DNA of 64,000 nucleotides from Octopus vulgaris (Eukaryota), in assembly GCA_951406725.2 (NCBI GenBank), contig OX597823.1, forward strand, positions 89,714,001-89,778,000, in the 5' to 3' direction. Positions within the stretch are counted from its first letter, which is position 1. Every line of letters starts with the position of its first letter. Shown piece after piece: positions 40,960-54,192 of this stretch. Below the pieces are notes generated by a model that was not told the origin of the DNA, searched no databases, and saw only the letters and a program-made list of their open reading frames with translations. The translations under genes and the position numbers were made by a program.

Positions 40960-42445
40960 TCAGTGCATTATTGGCATATTAAATCTCCCAAGACAACAAA
41001 AAAGGTAATGTATTTCTGCAGAAATGTGATAAAAGATTTATGTAATGTTCAAAGGCATCCCAGCCATAACCATCCAGTCGTTTTTTTTTTTAAATCACAG
41101 TAAATCCCAGGCTAGATCATCCAATGATGAGGTGGGGTGGGAGGAGCAATTTAACCCTTTTGATATCAACCTGTCCAATACAAACTTGTCTTTAAAATAA
41201 TTTAAAAACTTTCCTGTCAATTTAAGTTCTAAACACCAGCTTAATAATGAGAATGTTATTCTACTAAATTCTTCATTATTTAAAAAAAAAATTTATACAA
41301 AAAAATAGTGTATTTCAACAGAAATCATAATTTAACATCCATTTTCCATGCTGGCATGGGTCGGATGGTTTGACATGAGCTTGTAAGGCAACACCCTGTA
41401 CAAGGCTCCAGGGTCCATTTTACTATGGTTTCTACAGCTGGATGCCTCCATACTTTTCTGAGAACAAGAAACCAGTGTTACTGCTTTGTACTAACACCAC
41501 TGCTTCATCTTACTATCTCTCTCTCTCTCTCTTTTAAATGAAAGAAAACTCTCCACAGCAACTGAATTTATTAAACACTTCAAGGAACTCTCATAGATTA
41601 TAATATTCAGATCTAGCATTTTTCTAAGATGATAGTGTTGCTACAGCTGCCATTGGAAGACATCTGTCATGTAGTTGCTCAGCAGAGTTTTAAATTCCAA
41701 TCCTCATACACTTGCCACTGCTAGTCAGTTATTTCCCCGGGGTCATTAAAATATTTATCAGTAATACTCATTAAACCAAACAAGAATAAGCCACCTAATT
41801 ACATAAAAAGAAAAAAAGACAAGTGGCTTTTATTATAGCTATTATATAGTTAACAGATCTGTGTTGGTCAGTGCTGGTCAAATTAGAAGGCTGCCTAACA
41901 GCCAACCACCAAGGAATATTACTAGACATCATTCATCGCCCAGTCCACTATCTATGACCAAGACAATTTCATATTGGTCAATAAAACCAGCTGTAAATAA
42001 GTATAGAGCACTGAGCCAACAAGAAAACCTCTACACAGTTGCTCAACTTGGTAGACATAGCAGTCAAATATCCCTAAAATCTTACTCGGTCTTAAACAAA
42101 GGGGATGTCTTTATAATGTATTCTTACACAGCTCTAAAAGACAAGTTGGACACAGAATGCTTTTGATCAGAGGATTGCTCAATGTTAGCCTGGGGCTGAA
42201 CAATGCAATAATTTGAGGGAAGGTGTATAATTTATTTTTATAAGGGGAATGTTGTACTATATATATATATATATATAGTACACGCAGGAGTAACTGTGTG
42301 GTAAGTAGCTTGCTTACCAACCACATGGTTCTAGGCTCGGTCCCACTACGCTGTGTGGCACCTTGGGCAAGTGTCCTCTACTATAGCCTTAGGCCAAACA
42401 AAGCCTTGTGAGTGGATTTGGTAGATGGAAACTGAAAGAAACCTG

Positions 42446-42487
<42 letters not shown>

Positions 42488-42740
42488 TCATTGTTTAACG
42501 TCCGCTTTCCATGCTAGCATGGGTTGGACGATTTGACTGGGGTCTGGCGAACCAGATGGCTGCACCAGACTCCAATCTGATCTGGCAGAGTTTCTACAGC
42601 TGGATGCCCTTCCTAACGCCAACCACTCCGAGAGTGTAGTGGGTGCTTTTACATGCTACCGGCACAAGGGCCAGTCAGGTGGTACTGGCAACGGTCACGC
42701 TCAAATGGTGCTTTTTATGTGCCACCGGCACATAAATAAA

Positions 42741-42771
<31 letters not shown>

Positions 42772-42984
42772 TTGTGTATCTGTGTTTGTACCTCTCATCA
42801 TCATTTGACAACAAATGTTGGAGTGTTTACGTCCCTGTAACTTAGCAGTTCAGCAAAAGAGACCGAGAGAAAAAGTACTAGGCTGACAAAGAATAAGTCC
42901 TGGGGTCAATTTGCTCGATTAAAAGCGGTGCTCCAGCATGGCCGCAGTCAAATGACGGAAACAAATAAAAAATTATATATATCT

Positions 42985-44430
42985 GAGAGATAAAAAGGAG
43001 ATCATGAAGTGCTGGGCAGAGCACTTTTCAAATATTCTGAATTGGGCTCAATTGTTGATGAAGAAGGTCTGTCCTTGAAGAACTGTCAGTTGCTCCTCAA
43101 ATGCTGAGATAAAAAAGACCATACAACAGCTCACAAATGGAAACTTGTTTGGGAACAATAGCATACCAACCAAGATATATGAATGTGGTAAGAGTCTCCT
43201 TTTGAACAATTTATGTGAACTCTTCTCAGGATCAGTCCCACAAGAGCTCAAAGGCGCTTCTATTGTCCATCTTTATAAACTCAAAGGTAACAAATGTGAA
43301 TATGACAACCATAAAGGTATTTACCATTTGTGTGTTGCTGGGAAGAACCTTGGAAGGGTTATCTTAGATTAAATGATGCCCTTGCCAGCTAAGTGTTGCC
43401 TGAATCTCAGTGTGGATTTTGGGCTAGTAGAGTCCTAGTGGATAGGATTTTTAGCCAAAGGCTGCAGCAGGAAACGGCTTGTGAGCACAACCGAGACCTT
43501 TTTGTCATTTTCGTTTATCTAAAGCTTTCGACACCGTATCTAGGGATGCCCAATATCACAATTTCTTTCCATCAAAGGATGATGGATTCTATCAGACCTA
43601 GCGGGGAAGTGTCCAATTCATTCACAGTCTCAAATGGCACAAAACAAGGCTGTGTTCTTGCACCACTCTTATTTGCTTTGTATCTCTCCGTCATGTTGGA
43701 AACAGCGTTTGAGGGTGTTAAAGGAGTTTGGAACTGGTGGTGATTTGTTCAACCAACAGTTCTTCAAAGTAAAAACTAAGACTTTGATGCAAACAGTTCA
43801 AAATTTGTTCTTTGCAGACAATTGTGCACTCGTAGCACACACTCGAGGACATGCAATGGATTCTAAACAACTTGTCGCATGCATCAAAGGCTTTGGTCTG
43901 ACCATCAGCATCAAGAAAACTGAGCTTGTCCATCAGTCCATTCGTGACCATCTTCCCACTGTCGCTCCTACTGTATATTTTGAAAAACTGTTTCCTACTT
44001 CACTAACCTTGGTTCTATTGTGTCCAATGATATGAAGATGGATAAAGAAATTGAGTCGAGAATCAGGAAGGCTAGCTCCACTTTCGGTGAGCTTTATCAC
44101 AGGCTATGGAACAGCCACAACATATTGTTGAAGGTGACAGTTAATGTATATAAGTTGGTGGTCTTGACAACATTGCTTTATGGTACTGCAAGCACATCAA
44201 TGAGCTTGATGCTTTTCATATAGCCATCCACTCAAGAAAACACATAGTAAATAATCAACAAGCACTCAAGCAAACTGAGTCCTCAACTTGTTCCATTTAC
44301 CAAAAGCTTTGCAAGGTACCAGCAGACCTCAAGAGACACATTCGAGTCCATACAACATGATCAATGCTTAATTTTACTGAACTCTCATTTGTCATTCACG
44401 ACAAGAGGACCCATTATATATATATATATA
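42985..44430 (+). mobile_element. Degenerate RTE/BovB-type LINE (second RTE lineage)
   Basis: IVHLYKLKGNK, LPESQCGF, GTKQGCVLAPLLF, LFFADNCAL, FGLTISIKKTE, IESRIRKASSTFG; C2H2-like end LKRHIRVH. Confidence 0.88.
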
Positions 44431-47400
44431 TATACAGTAGATCCCACTTTATAAATCCACTGATAATAAATCCTCCCGCTTAATGTATCCAAAATGGGTT
44501 GGGATGGAATTTTTACACATAAAATCTCCCATTTTATAAATCTAAACCATCGCTTAATAAATCCAGTTTCAGCTGCTTCTTTCTAAAGTGTCAACAAGTG
44601 GCAGCGAACAAATGACGTTTTTTTTTTTTTTCACTCTTAGATACTAACAGGTAGGCTCCAGCAGCCACAGCCAGCCACCTGTCATGTGGTACATTCCATG
44701 ATCCAAAACCAGATCAATAAATATGCAGTAGCAGGCAGTGGCTGCTGAAGCCTACCACACAATCCTGTCATTCAAGTGAAAAAGTAGGCTCCAGGACACT
44801 TCTTGTCAAAATTATGCACCCTTCTCATTCATTGGATGATGAAGTGTACCACGTGACAGCTGGTCCAGAGCCTCCAACAAAATTAAATACAGCATCTTCC
44901 AACCATACATAAAAAAATTCTAAAAAGAGCCAATTCATATAAAATATGGAAATTACATAAAATTGCCATCTGTGCATCATACTAAAAGTATATATACTGT
45001 TGAAAGACACACGATGCTGTGGATTTTGTCTGAGAGAAAATGTTTTCATATGCTTTTGTTAAAAACACAGGATTGTATATCAGAGCAAGGTGAACACTGC
45101 CTCAACAATAACTCAGGAGAACAGCTGCATTTCATCCTAGTTAGGGTTCATCAATGCTGTGCTTAGTGAATAATACATTCACTGAGATTACAGAAAGCTT
45201 GCAGGACTTTAAAAATAAGGTGAGTTAACATAAATGAAATAGCATTAAATTAAAACATCTGCCTGTCTATCATACTATATGATACACTAAATGAAAGGCT
45301 ATAAAAAAAAAAACTCGGTGAATGCTAATTTTCTGTGACCTAAAATAATTCGATAGGGTGGGTGTTGAGGGAATATAACTGAGTATAGTTAAATATACAG
45401 TCTTTTATAGAATAGCAGAGAAAGTGAAATAAGAAATTAAGACAAAATTGTTTTAGGTAAATATCTGTTTAAGAACAGTGATAACTGTGATAGGAAATCC
45501 ATAAAATAAAATAAAAATTAAAATAGAAATATTTCTCAATTTTCTTTCCCAACCTCTTCTACTTATTCTCATGTAATTTTCTTTACATTTTAATATTACA
45601 TTATGCTTTTGTTACTTAAAATTTTGGGAAATTATTACACTGAAACCTGTTGTTACACAACAACTTACAGAACTAAAAGAAAAATTCAAATTCTTCAGTT
45701 TGTTATGCTGACTTAAGTAAACCATTTTGATTCCTGACTATTAAAAAAAAAACTCTAAGGAGGATGGGGCTGCAAAAAGAGGGAAAAAAATTTAATCATC
45801 ATCTTTGTAGTTAACTTTGAAACAACTTCAAGCAATTTAATTTCTACCAATGGAAAACTTTCATCAACTAAAATAATATATTGATTTTTTGGTGGCTAGT
45901 GATGGTGGTGCACTATTGAGCAATATTATTATTATTATTATTATTATTATTTCACAGCTCTCATCAGAACTACATTTGCTTGGTGAAGCAGCAAATCTAA
46001 GTGAAGGAGAATAACAAATATTTTAAAGACAAAAAAGAAATCATTCGAGAAATATCTAATAATAATAATGATAATCAAATAATAATAATAATAATAATAA
46101 AGCTTGAAGAATAATCAATAGTAATGCAATTTGCATGCCAAACAAAATTTGGAATATTTCCTTTTGCGAATGATTTGATAAAATATAAAAAGGACGCCAG
46201 TCTGTTTGCAGGCAACATTCCCAGATGAACTTGAACCAAGATAAACATAAATTAAGAATATTATGAAGACCAGGTTGATTGGGACTTTGACTTTTGCTTA
46301 TTGACTTATATTAAGAATGAAGTATTCCACCCAGAAACAAAATTAGATGACTGCAAGGAATTTGAACTCAGTCTGTTTAGAACATGCATGTATGTATATA
46401 TGTATGTATATGAATGTGTGTGTGTGTTGCACAGGTGGTCTTGTAACTGATGGAATCAATTATTTCATTTCTGTTGCATAAACATCTGCCTATCCTTTTC
46501 TTCTTATTATTATTATTAACAGTTTTTGTATTATATTCTCAACTAATATTCCTCTGACCACAAGTAACTAAGCCAACTGAGGGGGTAACCTCTATGCAGT
46601 CACTTTACCTGCAAGAAATAGCAGCCAAATCCCCCCACACACACACACACTTCCCATATTGTATCCCACTGTTTTAGGACATGAATAGATAATGTGATCC
46701 TGGATCGCTTGCACAGAGGAAATTGGACAGGATGGCCATGGCTTTGGCCATAGATCTCAATAAAGATAGGCTAAACAACAAAAGGTTAATACAAAGTGAG
46801 AGCCACAAAAATGGCAGATGTACATCACCACCACTAAACATAATTGTTATCCCCAGGTCAATTCAGAATAAGCTGGCCTATGATCAAAAGTGTGCCAAGC
46901 ATAACCATCCCATCCCTCATTCAGGCATAAGGTATCTGGGGACATCAACTGATGTGTTTTTTCCAGTATTTGTGGGAAATTTAGCTTCTATTTTTAACAA
47001 TTCAAATGACCACAGAGGGCTCTTGATGGTTTGTTTTAAAAGAAGTTCAAATGATTAGGTTGGTGGAAATTTTTAAAAATATGTTGTATCGGGTGGGTGA
47101 GAAAGACAGATAAAGATGACGAGGTGTCAGGGATAACCCCCAAGGTCTGCAAACAAAAAATAAAGAGAATGAACTAGAGGCCTTGTCCATGTGTAAGCAA
47201 AAGAGTAAACTTTCCCCAACAGGCCTAAATGCTAGACCTATCACCTGTATTGGTGCAGGAGGTAATAAAGCTAAAGAATGTAGTGATCAGAGTTTCAGGT
47301 AGTTAATAACACCCAATATTGCTTTTTGTTTCTGAGTTTACCAAGCCTTGGACACCTTTAGAAGGGTCCTAACTGTTGCAAGCATTCAGGACAAGTTTCT

Positions 47401-49019
47401 AGTTTAAGGAAATCTTCCTCTCTCTCCCCCTTAGAGGCCCTCTAACACATCACGGATATTGCCTTTTCTCTTGATTAAACAAAATTTTTTAAAAAATTAT
47501 TTCCTTTGCAGGGTAACATTTGTTTTGGGTTGCCCTTATTATACCTGTATTTACCTTCTGTTTAATATTTTGTTTCCAAATGCAATATATTTGAAATGAT
47601 CAAGAACTTTTATTTATTTTGTTATTTAGACACTTGTTGCTCTTGTCCAGTACACAAGTGGTGTACATTAATTGGCTGAAGACAATTACATAAAATAAGT
47701 AAGAGCTTCACTCACACTTAGGGGAATTGGTGCAATAAGAGAAGAGTTGAGACACTGGGTCAACCTTGTGAGTTGAAACTGCAATAAATAGACATTGTTA
47801 TTCTGTAATGTCAGTAGATTATTTATTCATGTAATGGAGATACAGTATATAAGAACTGACTGAACAGGGTTGCTGTTTATACTAAGCTAAATAGTAAAAA
47901 AAAAAAAAGGGGATGAAACTGAAAGAAGCCCATCATGTATATATCTGTGTGAATGTGTGTGTGTCTGCCACCACTGCTTGACAACTGATGCTGGTGTGTT
48001 TACATCCACAGAACTTAGCAGTTCGGCAAAAAAAAAAAAACACTGATAAAATAAGAACTAGGCTTAAAAAACAAGTACTGGGTTGAATTCATTTGACTAA
48101 AAATTCTCCCCAGCATGGCTGCAGTCTAATGACTGAAACAAGATAAAAGATATTCTAATGTATTCTTCAGGCTTAATCAAGTTACTTCTAACTCCTAATA
48201 TATTATGAATATTAATTCTGTTTTTAAGAAGTAATAAAAGGCAAAGATGAACCTGATGAGATTTTAACTCAAAATGTACACAGTTAAGAACAAACATGGT
48301 CATCATTATTTTAATGTTCCCTTTTCTATGCTTGCACAGGTTGGCCAAAGTTGAAGCAGATTTTCTCCAGTTGGACGTCCCTCCTGTTCCTAAGCAAGGG
48401 AATATTTCCTCATGGCCAGATAGGTTTTCACAGAAGATTGGGAATGGATGACACCGCTTGTGTTACAGTGATGCTTGTTTACAACTGTCACACAATATCA
48501 AGACAAGGAGACACAAACACACATTTATACATAGTTCATGTATGCATGTGTGTGTACACACACACACACACACACACACAGCAAGTTTCTTTCAGTTTCT
48601 GTCTACCAAATCCACTCACAAGCCTTTGGTTGACCCAGGGCTACAGTAATGCCCAAGGTGCCATTCAGTAAGACTGAACCCAAAACCACATGGTTGGGGA
48701 GCAAACATCTTAACAATACCAACACCTACAACACATTAATACTCTGCCATTTCCGTTCCTTCCCTTGCATCTGCCTTACTTTTCAGAGCTGAGTCATAAC
48801 TTCCCCAACCAACAACAGTAAACCTAATCTTACCTAATAAGTACAAATGTCTCATTGCCACACATAACAACATGTGTACACTGTTTGTTGCAGATAAGTA
48901 TCCTTTGGGGTTTTTTTTTTTTTTTTTTTAAATACACATTGAGATCACCATTCATGGTAGTAATAGTAGTGGTGGTGGTGTGGGGGCAGGGATGGAAGTG
49001 AGTGTCTGAAATACACTAC

Positions 49020-49700
49020 CCACTCATCATGTAATGCTGTGAGATAAGAAAACAATGCTGCAGTAATGACCGATAAAATATGCGGCAGGAAATAGCGAGG
49101 ACGCCGTTTACTGAAGAAGCAATCAATATGAAATCAGTTAAACAAAATTCATTTTCAAGAATGGATCTCTGCTATTGATTTTGACGAAGAATATTCAGTT
49201 TGTTTCGATCAGCTGAATGACCAATTCTATGAATCACTGTGTGAAATGGCTGTGTATCTCTAAGATGTGTGTGTGCATGACCTTAATGAGAATTGTTACA
49301 GGAAATCAATGTGACACCTGTGACAATGTTAGACCTTTGAATTAAAATTCTTTACTACCCACAAGGGGCTAAACATAGAGGGGAACAAACAAGGACAGAC
49401 AAAGGGATTAAGTTGATTACATCGACCCCAGTGCGAAACTGGTACTTTATTTATCGACCCCGAAAGGATAAAAGGCAAAGTCGACCTCTGAATTAAGGGC
49501 CAGAATACCCTTCTGATTTTTATGATGATAGTAATGCTGATTCAGAAATATAGATTTATGTCAAAAGAACTTCTGAAAGATGCTAGTGAAACAGAAAAAT
49601 AGAAAACGAAGTAGACTGTTCTTGAATTGCGAAAGTCTTCATTTAAAACAAAAACAATTTCTTCATAAAATTATATCTAGTGATAAAACTATTTTTCATT
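49020..49700 (+). mobile_element. Highly degenerate mariner relic interrupted by a SINE fragment (about 49345-49490)
   Basis: CESLHLKQKQFLHKIISSDKT resembles mariner FLHRIVTGDEKW; HTH-like patches upstream. Confidence 0.5.
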
Positions 49701-50048
49701 GTCAATATTGCTGTAACATCCATTTTTTTCATACTTGCATGGGTCAGATGAAATCTGTCAAGGCAGATTTTCTATATGTATAGCCAGATGCTCTTCCTGT
49801 CACTAACTACTTCCCGTTTACAAGCAAAGTAATATTTACCCTGAGCTGAATGCTATGTTTTTGGAGAAAATTGGGAACAAATGACACTGCTTGCGTGATG
49901 GTGAGATTCATTTAAAACTATCATGTGATATTAAATCAAGGAAACACAAATACATGTATACAAAGCGGGCTTCTTACTGTTTCCATCTACCAAATCTACT
50001 CACAAGAATTTGGTTCCCCACCCCGAAGAATATAGTTAAAGATTCTAG

Positions 50049-50471
50049 TGGTTGTGTGGTAAATAGCTTGCTTACGAACCACATAGTTCTGGATTCAGTC
50101 CCACTGCGTGGCACCTTGGGCAAGTGTCTTCTAATATAGTCTCGGGCCGACCAAAGCCTTGCGAGTGGATTTGGGAGACGAAAACTGAAACAAGCCCGTC
50201 GTATATATATATGTGTGTGTGTGTGTATATATATATATGTATGTATGTATGTGTGTGTGTATATATGTTTGTGTGTCTGTATTTGTTCCCACAACATCGC
50301 TTGACAACCGATGCTGGTGAGTTTACGTTCCTGTAACTTAGCAGTTCGGCAAAAGAGACCAATAGAGTAAGTACTAGACTTACAAAGAATAAGTCCTGTG
50401 GTCGATTTGCTCGACTAAAGGCGGTGCTCCAGCATGACCACGGTCAAATGACTGAAACAAGTAAAAGAGTA
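50049..50471 (+). mobile_element. Full-length tRNA-derived SINE with CORE-like box and internal TA/TG microsatellite; many partial copies (e.g. 3155, 8215, 9611, 16756, 23381, 31558, 42285, 57894)
   Basis: A-box-like tggttgtgtggt, B-box-like ggattcagtccc, CORE-like caccttgggcaagtg, tail gactgaaacaagtaaaagag. Confidence 0.85.
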
Positions 50472-53274
50472 AGGTGATATGCAGTGAGTCTGAACCCAAA
50501 TTTAAAAAATATATGAATTTGTTAATTATTGCCAACAGAACACTGAACTCGGTTTCACCCCTTTGGATATGGCTTTATGTTTAAGAAGTTGGTTTTGTAA
50601 TCACATGCTGCCAGGTTCAATCCTACCATACAGTACATTGGACAAATGCCTTCTGCTATGAACTCAAGTCAACCAAACAGAAATGAGGAAGAAGTCCATC
50701 AGAGAAACAATGTCAGGCAGGATGTGGATTTTCCCCACCTCATTATCCCCCCCCCCCAATATCAAGGGTCCCACCATTGTTATGAATGCTACCCTTTTGT
50801 TGTTGATTGAACCATAGAAATGGTGATTTCGAATTTCTACACAGGTTGGGATCAATAAAACAAATACCAGTGCAATGTCAAGGCTAGTTCAATAAATTAT
50901 ATCCAACTTTACATCATAACAGTACAAAATCTACCATGTGTAAGAAGAAAAAAAAAAATCAATGAATTAATAGTGCTAATCAGAGAGAGAGTGGGGGAAG
51001 AGAATAATCAAATATTATCATTATCATCAGTTTTACATCTGCATTTTCTATGCTAGCATGGGTCAGACCATAAATGATTCATAAATACACTTCTAAATAC
51101 AAAAGCTATCCAGTTGAAAGAGATCAATGAATTCATAGAGCTAATCAAGGGAAGAGAGAGGCAGACTGAGTGAGACAATCACAATGCATAAATGATTCAT
51201 AGAAAATGCCATAACATGTGTGACTTTATGAAATAAATATGAAATAGATGGGTGAAAACAGGAAAAGGATTTTAGGGCTGTTTCATCTTGTACTTGAGAA
51301 AATAGTAGAATTATGAAATGAGAACAACTGTGTGGTCAATGTTTTTTTAAAATTCATTTGGAATCTGTCTTTTTTTTTTTTAATTTCCCACAAAATTACA
51401 CTCCTCCTTTAATGATTTCAAAACTAAATTAAATGTTTGGTAAAGAGCAAACATAATGACAATTCGACAATTCAGATTGACTCATTACAGTCATCATCCC
51501 ATATATATATATTAAATGTAAAACGTATGAGTTAGTGCAAACACACACACACATACATACACACCTCACAAGCTTATGTGATTATGTCGATTGTTTGTGT
51601 GTGTGTACATACACACAGCAAGTACAGGCATGGCTGTATGATTAAGTCTGCTGCCCAACCAAGTGATTTGGGATCCAGTTCACCTATGTAGCAATTAGGC
51701 AAGTGTCCTGGTAGGTGGAAACTAAAAGAATCCTACCGTGTGTGTGTGTATGTGTGTGTATTTGTACACATTTGGCTCCTCCAAAAATTCCTATGCTAAG
51801 TATTGATGCTATCATCTCCCTCATCCACAAATCACCTGCTGGTTTTCCGACTTCATAAAGCACATGGGATAAGAGATCACTTACTTGAAAAATAAACAAG
51901 GGATAGCAACTGTAAGGACATCTGGTGGCAGAATATCGCCTCCAATAATATATTTGTCCAATACATGCTAGGTTGAATAAATGGCCATGTATACACACAT
52001 ACATATGCCATCATTTTTACATCCAGATTTTCTATGCTGGCATGTGTTAGATGAGACTTCTTGACATAGTATTCTCAGGCTACATGTCCTTCTGATGCCA
52101 AACTTTATTTGGATTGAAGGTGCTCTATTTCACTTGCCTTTGTACAACAAACTGCCAAGCTATGGAACATATTTTTTTCTCGTGTGCGACATTAACAATC
52201 ATCATCGTTGCCAAGTAGTGTCAATGCAAAGATCAATAAACACACACTTGACTACACACACACAATATATATATACACACACATTTGGTTAATGAGAGGG
52301 ATGGAAGATACGAATTAAGTATCCCACTCGTGAGGGATCGATGCTAGATGGGTTAAAACAATTGTAGCGATAAATAAAAATTCTCATATCATCCATGTCT
52401 CTCAAATACACAACAAACACTGTGGAAGTGAAAGTGCTTTATTGGTAAGCTACCAAGTATAAACCATATGATTTGTTATCTACTATCATCATCCATTTAA
52501 TGCCCGTTGTCCATGCTGGCATGGGATGTCACACTGGAAGGCTGCACCAGGCTCCAGTCTGATTTGGCATGGTTTTCTGCAGCAGGATGCTCTTCCTAAA
52601 GCCAACCGCTCCGAGAGTGTAATGGGTGCTTTTACATATCACCAGCACAGGTGACATCTACGTGACACCGGTATCTGCCATGACTGTAATTTTGCTCGGC
52701 TTGATGGGTCTTCTCAAGCACAACATAATGCCAAAGGTCTTGGTCATTGCCTCCATGTGTGTATATATGGTTAGGGTTAACAACAGGAAGAGCATCCAGT
52801 TGAAAATCCTGACTCAAATAATTCACTGTCCAATCCATGCCTGCATGGGAAAACAAACAATAACCAAACAAATATATAATATAGACATAGAATGGGGTTC
52901 TGTGCAGTTTCTGTCTATCAAATTCCTCTTAAAAGACGTAAGTCAACCTGAAGCTGTAGTAGAAAATATCACCAAAGATCAAACTCACATAGCTATGAAC
53001 TTTTTAACAACACAGGTATCAATGGATGTAATTATTTTTATTTCATCATTTGTTTAACATCTATTTTTCTATGCTGGTATAGGGCTGATATCAGTTTGAA
53101 AACATCAGTAATAAATTCCTAACCCAAACTTTGGGCCTCATGTCCCTGTTAAAAATTTAGATATTTTATAATTAGGTGTATTATATTGTTTAGCAATATT
53201 ATTTTTTTTCTTTTCTCATTTAATTGCTATGGAAAGAGGTGGGGAGAAGCTGTAGCCATGACCTTTCGAGACAG

Positions 53275-53960
53275 AAAAAGATTAATGCCATTAATGTTAA
53301 TCTTGAACAGTTGAAACAATTGCAGAAAAAACATGCAGGGAAGGAATTTCAGGGAGCCAATGTCCTGGTTGGAAAGACTGGGCATAACAGTTAATGCAGA
53401 GGTTGGCAGGCAGAATGTGTGTGATGAGAGTGAGTGACAGGTGAATCAAGAATGTTCTTGGCTGGGCATCATAAGAGCAACGAAATTTGAGGAAATGAGG
53501 CCACTGAAATTGTAATAGGAAAGTCAGAAAGAGGGGAAAGCAGAATTTGGAGCATGTTGTGTGCTCATATCAACAACAGCATCACAGTCATCTAACCTTT
53601 CTTTGAATATAATGAACCATGCCCAGGTAGATAGCAACACCATCTCAAGTGATGGAGTAGTACTCTGTTTTGTTAACTGAACATGTAAAGAGTAGTTGTT
53701 AGGAGTGAAAGAATTTTCTGTCTCGGGAGAAGAAAACCAAGCTTTGCAATACTAATGACGTTCTTCAGTGGTGATGCAGCCATTGCACCAAGTGAATTTA
53801 AGGGTTTTAGTGACATGCTGTTCATGTTTGGGAGGGCTACAATGGTTTCTTAGTTTGTGTAGTGATTGTGCTTTTTGTAATGTTGACGGAAACAAGATTG
53901 CCATGACTCAATTAGATGTTCTTTTGAGGATTTTTCAAGGAGTCCAAGTCCATGATGATG
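53275..53960 (-). mobile_element. Degenerate Jockey/CR1-group LINE 3' end
   Basis: Broken minus-strand patches resembling FT.EQLL, PSLE, NSLP and LFK.NIN of LINE ORF2 C-termini. Confidence 0.45.
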
Positions 53961-54192
53961 ATTCTCATTATTTTACATTTTGCTTTCCATGACAATGAGT
54001 TAGCCGAGTCCTCATGGCCTGAGACAATTCTTATTCAGAGTTGCTTGTCCTCCTAGGTGAGTTAGTGGGCCATGTCCCACATAAGTGTTTTATCTTTAGT
54101 GCAGTTTTTTATGGCTGGATTATCTTCTTAGCTCCAATCACTTTGTGCTGAGTACATATTACTGTGACACAAATACTAGAAGTCATGTCCTT

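Noticed and set aside
44790-45040. Possible piggyBac cysteine-rich C-terminal relic
   Set aside because: The Cys/His pattern could not be reconstructed convincingly.
50049-50120. tRNA-like A and B boxes
   Set aside because: These are SINE heads, not cloverleaf tRNA genes.
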